Assembly (NCBI GenBank): GCA_020052615.1
Contig: JAGVOT010000123.1
Coordinates: 88,047 to 152,046 of the forward strand
Source: Nitrospirota bacterium
GTDB taxonomy: Bacteria; Nitrospirota; UBA9217
Direction of reading: 5' to 3'
Length of the DNA: 64,000 bases
Shown: positions 53,110 to 62,633 of the stretch, piece by piece
Position numbering within the stretch: position 1 is the stretch's first letter
How the letters are laid out: every line of letters begins with the position of its first letter
Made by a program: the position numbers and the translations under genes
Notes under the pieces: generated by a model
Told to the model about the DNA's origin: nothing
Databases searched by the model: none
What the model saw: the letters and a program-made list of their open reading frames with translations, nothing else

Positions 53110-55320
53110 ATGCAGAACCAGGAAGTAGAGATCCATCTGCTCGAATACTGGAAGGTGCTCCTCAAGCGCCGCCGCATTGCCCTGTCGTTCTTCGCCATCG
53201 TGGTGGGTATTGTCGTTGTCCACTCCTTCGCCGCAACGCCCATCTATAAGGGCACGGCTCAGGTCCTGATCGACCTCGAGAAGAACCCCACCATGACCTT
53301 CACCGAGGGCGGCGGCGCGTTCATCCAGATGCGGGACGCGTCGGAGTACTACCGAACCCAGATGGAAATTCTGAACAGTCGTGCATTCGGCGACCGTGTC
53401 GTCAGGAAACTGCAGCTCGAGAATAATCCCTTCTTCGCAAAGAAAAAAGAAGTAGATGGCTCATCGATCTTCACGAACATGAGGAGGGCCATTTTCAGTG
53501 TATTTCCTTCCAAGGAAAAACCGAAGAACCCGATCCCTCTCGCCGCCATCCAGGAAGAATCCGATCCGGCACTGACCAGCGAGATTCTAGCGAATATGGA
53601 TGTTGAGGTCGGAAGAAAGAGCAACATCCTAAAGATCAACTATCTGTCTGAAAATCCTATGGTAGCGGCTGCCATGGCGAACGGCATTGCCAGCACCTAT
53701 ATCGAGCACAATCTGGACATACGGGTGAAACCCTTCAGGGATGCCGTGGAATGGCTGTCCGCTCGAACCGTGGAATCCCGCACCAAGGTGGAGGATTCCG
53801 AAAAGGTCGTCCAGAGATACAAGGAAGGGAAGGGCATTGTGTCCTTCGAATCCAAGGAGAACGTGATCACCCAGAAGCTCCAGGAGATCATGACCCAACT
53901 GGTGCAGGCTGAGAGCAAGCGCCAGGAGACCGAGGTGCGGTATAAGCAGATCCAGTCAGTCATCAACGATACGGAGCTACTCGCGACGGTTCCGGACATC
54001 ATGAACAATCCGGTGATCCAGGCGCTGCGGACAGACGAGCTTTCGGTCAAAAGGAAGATCTCCGATCTTTCCGAGAAATACGGCCCCAAGCACCCGACCA
54101 TCGTTCGGGCGCGTACGGAACTTGAATCGATACAGAAAAATCTTATCACCGAAGCCCGCAAGATGCTGAATGCCTCAAAGACGGACTATGATATCTCCCG
54201 GGGCAGGGAGAATTCGCTGCGCAGCGCTATGGAAGAGCAGAAGCAGGAAGTGCTGGACCTCGGCAGGAAGGCGATCGATTACGGAGTCATCGCCGGAGAG
54301 GCGGCAAGCAACAAACAGTTCTACGAGCTTCTGCTGAAGAAACTGCAGGAAGCGTCGCTCTCGAGCGGCATCAACGTCTCGAACGCCCAGGTCGTTGACG
54401 GCGCAACGATCCCCAGCTCGTCAGTGAAGCCCGCTAAGATGCGCAATATCCTCCTGGCGATGATCGTCGGAATCATAGGGGGGGTTTTTGCAGCGTTCTT
54501 CGTGGAGTACATGGACGACACCATCAAGACACCCGATGACATCGAAAAACTGCTGACCATCCCGTTCCTGGGCTATGTGCCGTCTACGAGCAAGGAAGAG
54601 GGGCCGATCTACATGTTCTCCGGTTCCCGGGCGAACATCGCGGAATCGTACCGTTCGATCCGTACGAGCATCATGCTCTCTTCGACGGAGGAAGATCCCC
54701 TTCGCGTTCTGCTCATCACCAGCACGACACCCAATGAAGGAAAGACAACTACCGCCGCGAACCTCGCGGTAGCCATGGCGCAGCTGGGGGAACGGGTACT
54801 GCTGATCGATACGGATATGCGCCGTCATAACCTCCACAAGGTGTTCGGTCTGGACAATCTTATCGGCATCAGCGATATGATAGTCGATCATAACAACACA
54901 TCCGGCGCCATACGGCCGGTCTCCGCTGTCCCCAACCTGAGCATCATTACCGGCGGAACGCTCGCGCCGAACCCTTCGGAACTGCTGGGCTCGAACAGCA
55001 TGCGGCTGCTGATCTCGAAACTCCGCTCGCAATACGACCGCATCATCCTCGATTCGCCGCCGGTCATGGTGTTCTCCGACGGCCTTGTCCTTTCCCGGCT
55101 GGCGGACGGCGTGGTGTTCGTTGTGTGGGGCGGGACGACCGGCAGGGACAACATCAAAAAATCAGTCCAGGCCATCAAGGGCGTGAGCAACAGGATCCTG
55201 GGGATCGTGTTGAACAACATCGATCTCACTTCGAAGAACTCCTATTACTATTATCATCCCTATTACAATTACCATTATTACTATGGGGAGAAGGAGAAGG
55301 AATCGGGGAAGAGGGGTTAA
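53110..55320 (+). CDS. wzc: Polysaccharide co-polymerase / tyrosine autokinase (Wzc/GumC, BY-kinase)
   Basis: Wzz-like periplasmic domain between two TM segments. A long coiled coil. Walker A TPNEGKTTTAANLA and Walker B LLIDTDMR. C-terminal Tyr cluster YYYYHPYYNYHYYYG. Confidence 0.9.
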   Translation: MQNQEVEIHLLEYWKVLLKRRRIALSFFAIVVGIVVVHSFAATPIYKGTAQVLIDLEKNPTMTFTEGGGAFIQMRDASEYYRTQMEILNSRAFGDRVVRKLQLENNPFFAKKKEVDGSSIFTNMRRAIFSVFPSKEKPKNPIPLAAIQEESDPALTSEILANMDVEVGRKSNILKINYLSENPMVAAAMANGIASTYIEHNLDIRVKPFRDAVEWLSARTVESRTKVEDSEKVVQRYKEGKGIVSFESKENVITQKLQEIMTQLVQAESKRQETEVRYKQIQSVINDTELLATVPDIMNNPVIQALRTDELSVKRKISDLSEKYGPKHPTIVRARTELESIQKNLITEARKMLNASKTDYDISRGRENSLRSAMEEQKQEVLDLGRKAIDYGVIAGEAASNKQFYELLLKKLQEASLSSGINVSNAQVVDGATIPSSSVKPAKMRNILLAMIVGIIGGVFAAFFVEYMDDTIKTPDDIEKLLTIPFLGYVPSTSKEEGPIYMFSGSRANIAESYRSIRTSIMLSSTEEDPLRVLLITSTTPNEGKTTTAANLAVAMAQLGERVLLIDTDMRRHNLHKVFGLDNLIGISDMIVDHNNTSGAIRPVSAVPNLSIITGGTLAPNPSELLGSNSMRLLISKLRSQYDRIILDSPPVMVFSDGLVLSRLADGVVFVVWGGTTGRDNIKKSVQAIKGVSNRILGIVLNNIDLTSKNSYYYYHPYYNYHYYYGEKEKESGKRG

Positions 55321-55403
55321 AAGCAATCCGACACGGAGACGCGGTGATACGGAGACAGGGGGCTTAAACCAATCAGCGGGCAGGCGTGCAAGCTGTAACT
55401 ACT

Positions 55404-56189
55404 ATGATCGATCTGCACTGTCACATACTTCCCGGTATCGATGACGGACCGGAAACGCTTGATGAAGCCGTTGAAATGTGCCGGATCGCCCATGCCGACG
55501 GCATCAGGACCATCGTAGCGACCCCCCACTTTCGCCCCGGAAGATACGACCATTCGGAAGTGGAGGTCAGTTCCGCTCGAGAAGGTCTCTGTTCGGAGGT
55601 CGCCCGGCTCGGGATCGATATAACCATCCTCGGAGGGGCGGACGTGACGGTGACCCCGGAACTGCCGCTCCATCTCGGTCAACGTCGCGGTCTTACGATA
55701 AACAACACAGGCCGGTTTTTTCTGGCTGAACTGCCGAATGGGTCCGTCCCTGCACGATGGGACCAGTATCTTCTATCGTTGATAAACAAGGGTTGCACAC
55801 CTGTGCTGACCCATCCCGAACGGAATGGATGGTTCCTGTCTCACCGGGACGCTCTCCATCCCTTCGTCGGCGGTGGCGGTCTGGTACAGATAACCGCCAT
55901 GAGCCTTACGGGCGAGGCGGGTGAGGCGGTGCAGTCATACTCGCGTTATATTCTGAAACAAGGTCTCGCGCACATCATTGCCACAGACGCCCATTCGGCC
56001 GTTCAAAGAAAGCCTCTGCTGTCCGGCGCTGTGGCGGCTGCGGCAGACATCATCGGCAGGGACCCGGCGTTTAGAATGGTGACAGATATTCCACAGGCGA
56101 TCATCGAAGGACGACGTCCTGATGTGGATATGCCTGAACAAGTGGTAGTACCAAGACGGTCGTGGATCGAACGACTTCTGAAAACATGA
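55404..56189 (+). CDS. CpsB/YwqE-type PHP-domain protein-tyrosine phosphatase
   Basis: IDLHCHILPGIDDGP metal-binding motif of the PHP phosphatases that partner BY-kinases. Confidence 0.85.
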   Translation: MIDLHCHILPGIDDGPETLDEAVEMCRIAHADGIRTIVATPHFRPGRYDHSEVEVSSAREGLCSEVARLGIDITILGGADVTVTPELPLHLGQRRGLTINNTGRFFLAELPNGSVPARWDQYLLSLINKGCTPVLTHPERNGWFLSHRDALHPFVGGGGLVQITAMSLTGEAGEAVQSYSRYILKQGLAHIIATDAHSAVQRKPLLSGAVAAAADIIGRDPAFRMVTDIPQAIIEGRRPDVDMPEQVVVPRRSWIERLLKT

Positions 56190-56321
56190 TCACTGCTCTA
56201 CGTATAAATGTTCAAAGTTCAATAGCTGCAGCAGTGAACAGCAAGGCATTTTAGCCTGTCAGCATGAGCGCATGTAAGCAAGTTTACCTGCTGGCTTGCC
56301 AGCGTGTCAGCAGAGCCTCCT

Positions 56322-57749
56322 ATGAATTCAAAGGTCTTTGAAACTGTCATCGAAAAAGGCGTCCTTTTTCTGATCATCTTCACGCCCCTCGCTTTCGGGA
56401 GCGTGCAGGAATGGGCGTCGTCGGTCATGGAATTCGCAGCATTCATTGTCCTGGGCGCATGGATCAGCAAGGCGTGGTCAGACGATACGGTCGTTCTGCG
56501 CGACAAGAGGCTGCTTGTCCCGGCTGCCGGATTTCTTCTCTACGTATTATTTCAAGTGACGCCGCTTCCGCAGGAGGTCCTGGCCGCTATCGCTCCGGCA
56601 AATGCCGCGATTCACCGGAACTTTGGATTGTCGGGCGATACGGATTGGAAGACGATCAGCATCCATCCCTGGGCAACGCGCCAGGAGCTTTTAAGAGTTA
56701 TTGCATACCTCGCCGTGTTCTTTGTCATTATCAATCATTACCGCGACCGGGAGAAGATCCAGCGCCTGGTCAGAGCGGTCATCATGATGGGCGCTTTTAT
56801 GGTCGTTATCGCGATCTCTCAAAAAATGACCTGGAACGGAAGGGTGCTCTGGTTCTACCCCGTTGAGGCTCACCTTGAGTCTGCTAGAAATGCGGCGATC
56901 TGGGGGCCATACATCAACAGGAACCACTTCGCGGGATATCTGGAGATGGTCGTTCCCCTGGCGCTGGCGACATCGTTCTATCGGGTAGCGAAACTGGGGA
57001 AGGGGAGGCATGCCCCGTTCATGAATAAGCTGACCAACGCCTGGGCTTCCCGGCGTTTTCCGGAATTCACCCTGTACGGGCTGCTGGGCCTGGTCATGAC
57101 CGCCACGCTGTTCGCGACCTTGTCGCGCGGCGCCATCATGGGAATACTGTTCGGTCTTCTTGTATTTTTCGGCCTTGCCCGTTCACGGGGAAGGTTGAAG
57201 AAACGGGCGGACCTGTTCGCCATGCTGGGGATGGCGCTGCTGCTCATACAGGTAGTGGGTGCCTGGAGCCAGATAGAGGGACGATTCGAACAGCTGGGTG
57301 AAGAGCAGACACTTCAGCGTGCATGGGTATGGAAGGACTCTCTTGACATTATCAAGGACTTTCCTCTATTCGGTACGGGCTTGGGAACCTTTGGAGACAT
57401 CTATCCGAGCTACCAGTCTCACAGTTCCCTTATACGTTACGACCGCGCGCACAACGATTATGTGGAAGCACTCACGGACCTGGGATATTTCGGAATTTTC
57501 CTTGCAGCTATTCCGGTCGTTATGTACGGCAGGAGTGTATTTAACCGTTGGAAAGCGCATGACAGGACCTATGGAAGGATCATGGGAGCAGGCGGCATGG
57601 CATCCTTAACTGCGATGGCAGTGCATAGTGGTATGGACTTTAACCTCCATGTACCGGCAAATGCACTGCTTCTGGCGATCATCGCCGGAATAACTTATGC
57701 AACAGTATGCCGAAGAGACGGCGATCGGAGCAGTAAATCTCATGTATGA
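56322..57749 (+). CDS. O-antigen ligase / Wzy-type polysaccharide polymerase
   Basis: About 11 TM segments with a large periplasmic loop carrying the Wzy_C pattern. The ORF can extend to a GTG at 56304. Confidence 0.75.
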   Translation: MNSKVFETVIEKGVLFLIIFTPLAFGSVQEWASSVMEFAAFIVLGAWISKAWSDDTVVLRDKRLLVPAAGFLLYVLFQVTPLPQEVLAAIAPANAAIHRNFGLSGDTDWKTISIHPWATRQELLRVIAYLAVFFVIINHYRDREKIQRLVRAVIMMGAFMVVIAISQKMTWNGRVLWFYPVEAHLESARNAAIWGPYINRNHFAGYLEMVVPLALATSFYRVAKLGKGRHAPFMNKLTNAWASRRFPEFTLYGLLGLVMTATLFATLSRGAIMGILFGLLVFFGLARSRGRLKKRADLFAMLGMALLLIQVVGAWSQIEGRFEQLGEEQTLQRAWVWKDSLDIIKDFPLFGTGLGTFGDIYPSYQSHSSLIRYDRAHNDYVEALTDLGYFGIFLAAIPVVMYGRSVFNRWKAHDRTYGRIMGAGGMASLTAMAVHSGMDFNLHVPANALLLAIIAGITYATVCRRDGDRSSKSHV

Positions 57750-58617
57750 CGGATCACTGCATATTTCCGGCAGGGCCAGAAAAATATCCCTGTTCATGGC
57801 ATTGACCAGCCTCTCGATCTTGTTTGTTCTTTCGGCGAGAACGATCATAGGAACATATTATCACAATAAGATCCAGGGAATTCTTGACGACCGGTCGTCC
57901 GAGGAAAACATCACCTTAAAGGACCTGTCGGAGGATACTGTACCGGCATATCTGGAGGCCATCGGGATCCTTGAAAGAACGATATATTTCGATCCGTCGA
58001 GAGCACTATACCGAAAGGCATTGTCGGATATCTATGACCGGATCGGAAGTTGGTCGGAAAACATGGAATTGATGAACGCGCCGCTTCCTGCGGGTGCGCC
58101 GGTTTCGAAGGAAACTTCTGAACATGCGATAGCAAGTATTCGCGAAGCTATCACCCGGCAGCCCACGAATCCCGATAACCACCTGGCATATGGACACCTT
58201 TTGCTGAAAATAAATAAAATTGATGATGCAAGAAGTGAATATGGAAAATCTGTCAACGCTTATCCGAATAACTCAGCGCTCAGGTACGCGGTTGCTCTTG
58301 AATATCTTGCAGGCGTCATGAATGCTGATGCGATGATGCAGGCGAAGGAACTTGCATGGATCGATGATAGTTATATGACAATGAATGCCGACAAGAAGCA
58401 GCCAATTCATGAGCAGCGAGCAACTTCCTATCTGAATCGGCTTTATGGAAGTTATTTATTCAAGGCCTTCGAGATTGTCTGGAGAACGTCCGGGAGTAAT
58501 ATGGATGTGGTGCGTAGTATTGTTCCAAACAATAACGGAGCACTGGATGCGTTTGAGTTGTTCGCTGAATCAAAATGTGCTGGAGACAAGCAGCTTCTTG
58601 AGGACGCAGTACAATGA
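57742..58617 (+). CDS. Membrane-anchored TPR-like protein, translationally coupled to the Wzy gene
   Basis: ATG-TA-TGA start/stop overlap with the Wzy gene. One TM segment, then helical TPR-like repeats. Confidence 0.55.
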   Translation: MYDGSLHISGRARKISLFMALTSLSILFVLSARTIIGTYYHNKIQGILDDRSSEENITLKDLSEDTVPAYLEAIGILERTIYFDPSRALYRKALSDIYDRIGSWSENMELMNAPLPAGAPVSKETSEHAIASIREAITRQPTNPDNHLAYGHLLLKINKIDDARSEYGKSVNAYPNNSALRYAVALEYLAGVMNADAMMQAKELAWIDDSYMTMNADKKQPIHEQRATSYLNRLYGSYLFKAFEIVWRTSGSNMDVVRSIVPNNNGALDAFELFAESKCAGDKQLLEDAVQ

Positions 58618-59717
58618 AAAATATATACGTCACGCAACCCAACATGCCTCCTCTGGAGGAATTTCTGCCATATCTTGAAAAGATATGGGAAAGCAAGTTG
58701 CTTACCAACGGAGGTCCATTTCATCAGGAATTGGAAAAGAAGCTTGCTGAATATCTTGGTGTGGAGCATTTGTCACTCTTCACGAACGGCACGATTGCCC
58801 TTGTTACTGCCTTGCAGGCGCTGAGGATAACAGGTGAGGTCATTACCACGCCATTCTCTTTTGTCGCGACCGCTCACTCCCTTTTGTGGAACGGCATTAA
58901 ACCGGTTTTTGTGGATATCGATTCTGAGTCGTTCAATCTTGATCCTGACAAGATCGAGGCTGCAATAACGCCTCAGACCACTGCGATCCTGCCAGTTCAT
59001 GTATACGGAAATCCCTGTGATGTACAAAAGATACAAAAGATCGCTGATACGTACGGCCTAAAAGTAATTTACGACGCAGCCCATGCCTTTGGGGTTAATT
59101 ATAAAGATGAAAGTCTGTTAAAGCATGGCGACCTGTCTATATTAAGTTTTCATGCAACAAAAGTATTCAATACATTCGAGGGTGGGGCGATCATATGTCC
59201 TGATGCCAAGATGAAAAAGAGGATAGATGACCTGAAGAATTTCGGCTTTGCTGACGAAGTGACGGTTGTCGCACCCGGAATCAACGGAAAGATGAACGAG
59301 ATACAGGCTGCATTTGGGCTATTGCAACTTAAACATATCGAAGAGGCGATAGATCGGCGGCGTGAGATCGATGCGCGATACCGGCAGCATCTATCGAATG
59401 TGCCTGGAATTACCTGCTCGTCGATCGAGGCTGACACAAAGTATAATTATTCCTATTTCCCTATTATGGTCGAGGAAGGATATTCACTATCCCGTGAAGA
59501 ACTGTATGAAAAGCTTCACCAACATGGGATTTATGCACGTCGCTATTTCTACCCATTGATCACTGATTTTCCGATGTACAGAGGCATTCAAAGCGCCAAG
59601 CCTGGGAATCTTCCTGTTGCTAAATTGATCGCAGAAAGAGTTCTATGTCTGCCGATTTACCCGGATCTATCAAAATTAGAGCAGCAGACAATCGCTAGTA
59701 TTGTCCGAGGTGACTGA
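58614..59717 (+). CDS. DegT/DnrJ/EryC1-family PLP-dependent sugar aminotransferase
   Basis: ATGA overlap with the upstream gene. Conserved SFHATK with the PLP Lys and a GDEV-like loop. 367 aa. GC ~43%. Confidence 0.85.
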   Translation: MKNIYVTQPNMPPLEEFLPYLEKIWESKLLTNGGPFHQELEKKLAEYLGVEHLSLFTNGTIALVTALQALRITGEVITTPFSFVATAHSLLWNGIKPVFVDIDSESFNLDPDKIEAAITPQTTAILPVHVYGNPCDVQKIQKIADTYGLKVIYDAAHAFGVNYKDESLLKHGDLSILSFHATKVFNTFEGGAIICPDAKMKKRIDDLKNFGFADEVTVVAPGINGKMNEIQAAFGLLQLKHIEEAIDRRREIDARYRQHLSNVPGITCSSIEADTKYNYSYFPIMVEEGYSLSREELYEKLHQHGIYARRYFYPLITDFPMYRGIQSAKPGNLPVAKLIAERVLCLPIYPDLSKLEQQTIASIVRGD

Positions 59718-59724
59718 TAATTCC

Positions 59725-60993
59725 ATGAGCTCGCAAACAAATCCAAAACAAACGAGAGCTGCAAAGTTAGGCGTGGCAAAACTCGAGCAGCTTTGTGAAG
59801 AGCATGGAAATTCTCTCTATTTTCTCGACCTGATGCGCTCCAGAGAAAACATTAGAGAGATGATATCAGAATTTAGGGCCCGCTATTCTCATACCAGTAT
59901 TGGCCATTCCTACAAGACCAATTACATTCCCCGACTCTGTCATCTCACCTTTGCAGAAGGGGCATACGCAGAGGTCGTGTCGCGTATGGAATTCGACTTG
60001 GCAGAGCGCCTCGGTGTACCGCCTGAATCGATTATTCTCAACGGACCGGTTAAGGACAGATCTCTTTTGCTGAAGGCTTGCGCAGCCGGTACGTTGGTTA
60101 ATGTAGATTCGGTAGAGGAGGCTGCAGTAATCGCTGGGCTTGCGCGGTCGTACCCGAATATAAAATATCGGATCGGCCTGCGATGCAATATTGTACTTTC
60201 TGGAATATTACGTTCGCGTTTTGGGATCGATACGGAGAATGGAGATCTTTTGCAAGCGGCGAATCTGTTGAATTGCGAACCCAATATACAACTATCCGGG
60301 CTTCATTGTCACATAGGCGGTGACAGGAGCGCTGCTTCATACCGTAGCAGGACTGAGCGGCTTATCGAGCTATCTCGTGAAGTATTTCCCGACGAACCGC
60401 CCTCATTTCTTGATATAGGTGGTGGCTTTGCTGGAAAGATGCCGTTAGCTCTATCTCGTCAATTTGCATCATCTCAGCCCTCGTATGCAGACTACGCTGA
60501 AGCGGTAGCTGGTGCAATGGCTAACGCCTACGGGAAAAGCGACGGCCCAGAACTTATAATAGAATCAGGCATGGCACTATTTTCAGACGTAATGGAATTC
60601 GTTTGTCGGGTGGCGGCGACCAAATGTCTTGGTGGTGCGTATCACGCAATTGTTACAGGCAGCATTTACGACATCAAACCGACTCTTAACCGGTATAACT
60701 TGCCGATGGAGGTAATACATAGTAGAGAGACATCGTCGAAAGCTGTCGCCAATTGGACTGTGAGCGGATACACCTGTATGGAAAGCGACATATTGGCGTC
60801 AAGCTATGCCGGCTGTCTCATGGTAGGCGACTTTCTCGTATTCTCTAACACGGGAGCTTATACCGTGGTTTTAAAACCTCCCTTTATCGACAACGCCCCG
60901 GCAATAATTGCGGTTGAAGACGATGGTTCTATGTCGATCGCGCGTCGGCGAGAACACCTTGATGATATATTAGCTAGCTATGAGCTATTCTAA
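59725..60993 (+). CDS. Fold-type III PLP-dependent decarboxylase (Orn/DAP/Arg decarboxylase family)
   Basis: N-terminal TIM barrel with YSYKTN (the PLP Lys in HSYKTNY), and HIGG/EPGR-like motifs (CHIGGD, ESGMALF). An alternative TTG start lies at 59701. Confidence 0.75.
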   Translation: MSSQTNPKQTRAAKLGVAKLEQLCEEHGNSLYFLDLMRSRENIREMISEFRARYSHTSIGHSYKTNYIPRLCHLTFAEGAYAEVVSRMEFDLAERLGVPPESIILNGPVKDRSLLLKACAAGTLVNVDSVEEAAVIAGLARSYPNIKYRIGLRCNIVLSGILRSRFGIDTENGDLLQAANLLNCEPNIQLSGLHCHIGGDRSAASYRSRTERLIELSREVFPDEPPSFLDIGGGFAGKMPLALSRQFASSQPSYADYAEAVAGAMANAYGKSDGPELIIESGMALFSDVMEFVCRVAATKCLGGAYHAIVTGSIYDIKPTLNRYNLPMEVIHSRETSSKAVANWTVSGYTCMESDILASSYAGCLMVGDFLVFSNTGAYTVVLKPPFIDNAPAIIAVEDDGSMSIARRREHLDDILASYELF

Positions 60994-61005
60994 AATGGAG
61001 TCTGG

Positions 61006-62013
61006 ATGAATATATTGTTTTCCTGCATCGGTAAGCGTGGATACATTGCACGGATGTTCCGTCCTCATCTGTCGCATGGTGATAGAATCATTGGCACTAG
61101 CAGCACAAAGTGGACATCGGGCTTTCATTCTTGCGATGCTTCATTCATCATGCCCAGCATTGCCGATCCCGCATATCCTGAGGCGGTATTTGATCTCTGT
61201 AAAAAGGAACGCATTGATGCTCTGCTCTCCTTCTTCGATCTGGATGTACATCGACTGAGCAAACATGTGGATGCATTGAGATCAATAGGTGTAAAACCAT
61301 TTATTCCTGATCATCGAGCTGCTGAAATTACATTTGACAAAGTTCAGACATGTGAGTTTCTTCTGGCAAATAAAATTCCCACTGCAAAAACATTCACCGA
61401 TTTGTTAAGTGTTAGCCAGGCGCTTCGCAATGGCGAGGTGCAGTTTCCCCTGTATGTAAAACCACGGTTTGGGTATGGAAGTCGCAACACTTTCTCGGCG
61501 TGTGACTACCGGCAACTTGAGGCTTTTTATTCACTTGAGAATGACATGATCATACAGGAAAGTCTTGAAGGTGATACTTATGATTTTGACATTCTCAATG
61601 ATCTAAAGGGCAAAGTTCTCTCCGTAGTGCCGTGGCGCAAGTACCTTTCGAGAATGGGGGAGACGGAACAAGCAGAGACCATCCATTCTCCCTCTCTTAT
61701 CAGCCTTGGTTGCCGCCTTGCCTCGGCTCTAGGCCATGCCGGACCGCTCGACGCTGATCTGTTCCTGAAAGACGGATTGGCATCAATATTAGAAATAAAT
61801 CTACGTTTCGGAGGTGGTTACCCGGTTTCTCATTTCGCTGGCGCCGACTTTCCCGGCATGATTGTTCGCATGGCACGGGGCGAGGTTCTCTCGCCGGTGG
61901 TAGGAGATTATTCGCCCGGCGTAGTAATGATGAAGGAACTACATGTCGTCGGTGGACCACGAATCGAATTTTTTAAAAGTACGCTTGCTGTGCAAAACGA
62001 AGTTAATTTATAG
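61006..62013 (+). CDS. ATP-grasp-domain ligase (carbamoyl-phosphate-synthase-like ATP-grasp)
   Basis: 335 aa with pre-ATP-grasp and ATP-grasp segments (FPLYVKPRFGYGSRN, EINLRFGGGYP). Confidence 0.7.
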   Translation: MNILFSCIGKRGYIARMFRPHLSHGDRIIGTSSTKWTSGFHSCDASFIMPSIADPAYPEAVFDLCKKERIDALLSFFDLDVHRLSKHVDALRSIGVKPFIPDHRAAEITFDKVQTCEFLLANKIPTAKTFTDLLSVSQALRNGEVQFPLYVKPRFGYGSRNTFSACDYRQLEAFYSLENDMIIQESLEGDTYDFDILNDLKGKVLSVVPWRKYLSRMGETEQAETIHSPSLISLGCRLASALGHAGPLDADLFLKDGLASILEINLRFGGGYPVSHFAGADFPGMIVRMARGEVLSPVVGDYSPGVVMMKELHVVGGPRIEFFKSTLAVQNEVNL

Positions 62014-62113
62014 TTGTGAGTCAGGTAATGAGTAGGCTACATAAGAGACTGGAATTGGGACCTCCAGGATCACCTGCTATATAAAAGTAATATGGAAGAA
62101 GGGGGATGAAAGC

Positions 62114-62521
62114 ATGATATTTGAATCGATTAAGTCGCTTATTCTTGAAGAACAGGAACGCCAAGGCGGACGTTTTATTGAAAACATCAATATAGATATG
62201 TACATGGAGAAGATATCTTCTAAAGCAGAAATCATATCACATACAATCGGCGGGCGGTGCAAGGGCTTTATTGCGTTCTACTGTAACGATATCAATACAA
62301 AGAAGGCTTATATTACAGTATTAATTGTTGATCCTCGTGATAAAGGATTAGGCAGAGCACTTATGAAATATGTATTAAGTGTTGCAAAGTTGCGAGGATT
62401 CATAGCATGTCAGGCGGAAATTAAAAAGAAAAATCTGACAAGCTATAATATGTGCATAAAGCTGGGATTTCGCCCGGTAGAAGATCGTGGTGAGAAGGAT
62501 TTGTTGGAAGTATTGCTTTGA
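62114..62521 (+). CDS. GNAT-family N-acetyltransferase
   Basis: Acetyl-CoA binding motif A (RDKGLGRALMKY). 135 aa. GC ~38%. Confidence 0.75.
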   Translation: MIFESIKSLILEEQERQGGRFIENINIDMYMEKISSKAEIISHTIGGRCKGFIAFYCNDINTKKAYITVLIVDPRDKGLGRALMKYVLSVAKLRGFIACQAEIKKKNLTSYNMCIKLGFRPVEDRGEKDLLEVLL

Positions 62522-62633
62522 TTAAAGACATCTGTATGAAGCGACGATGAAAAGATCAATAATATATTTTTGCATATGTATTATGAATGTTCAGGTCGTC
62601 TGAAACCAAATTACTTTTAAGAAGAGCTGAATT

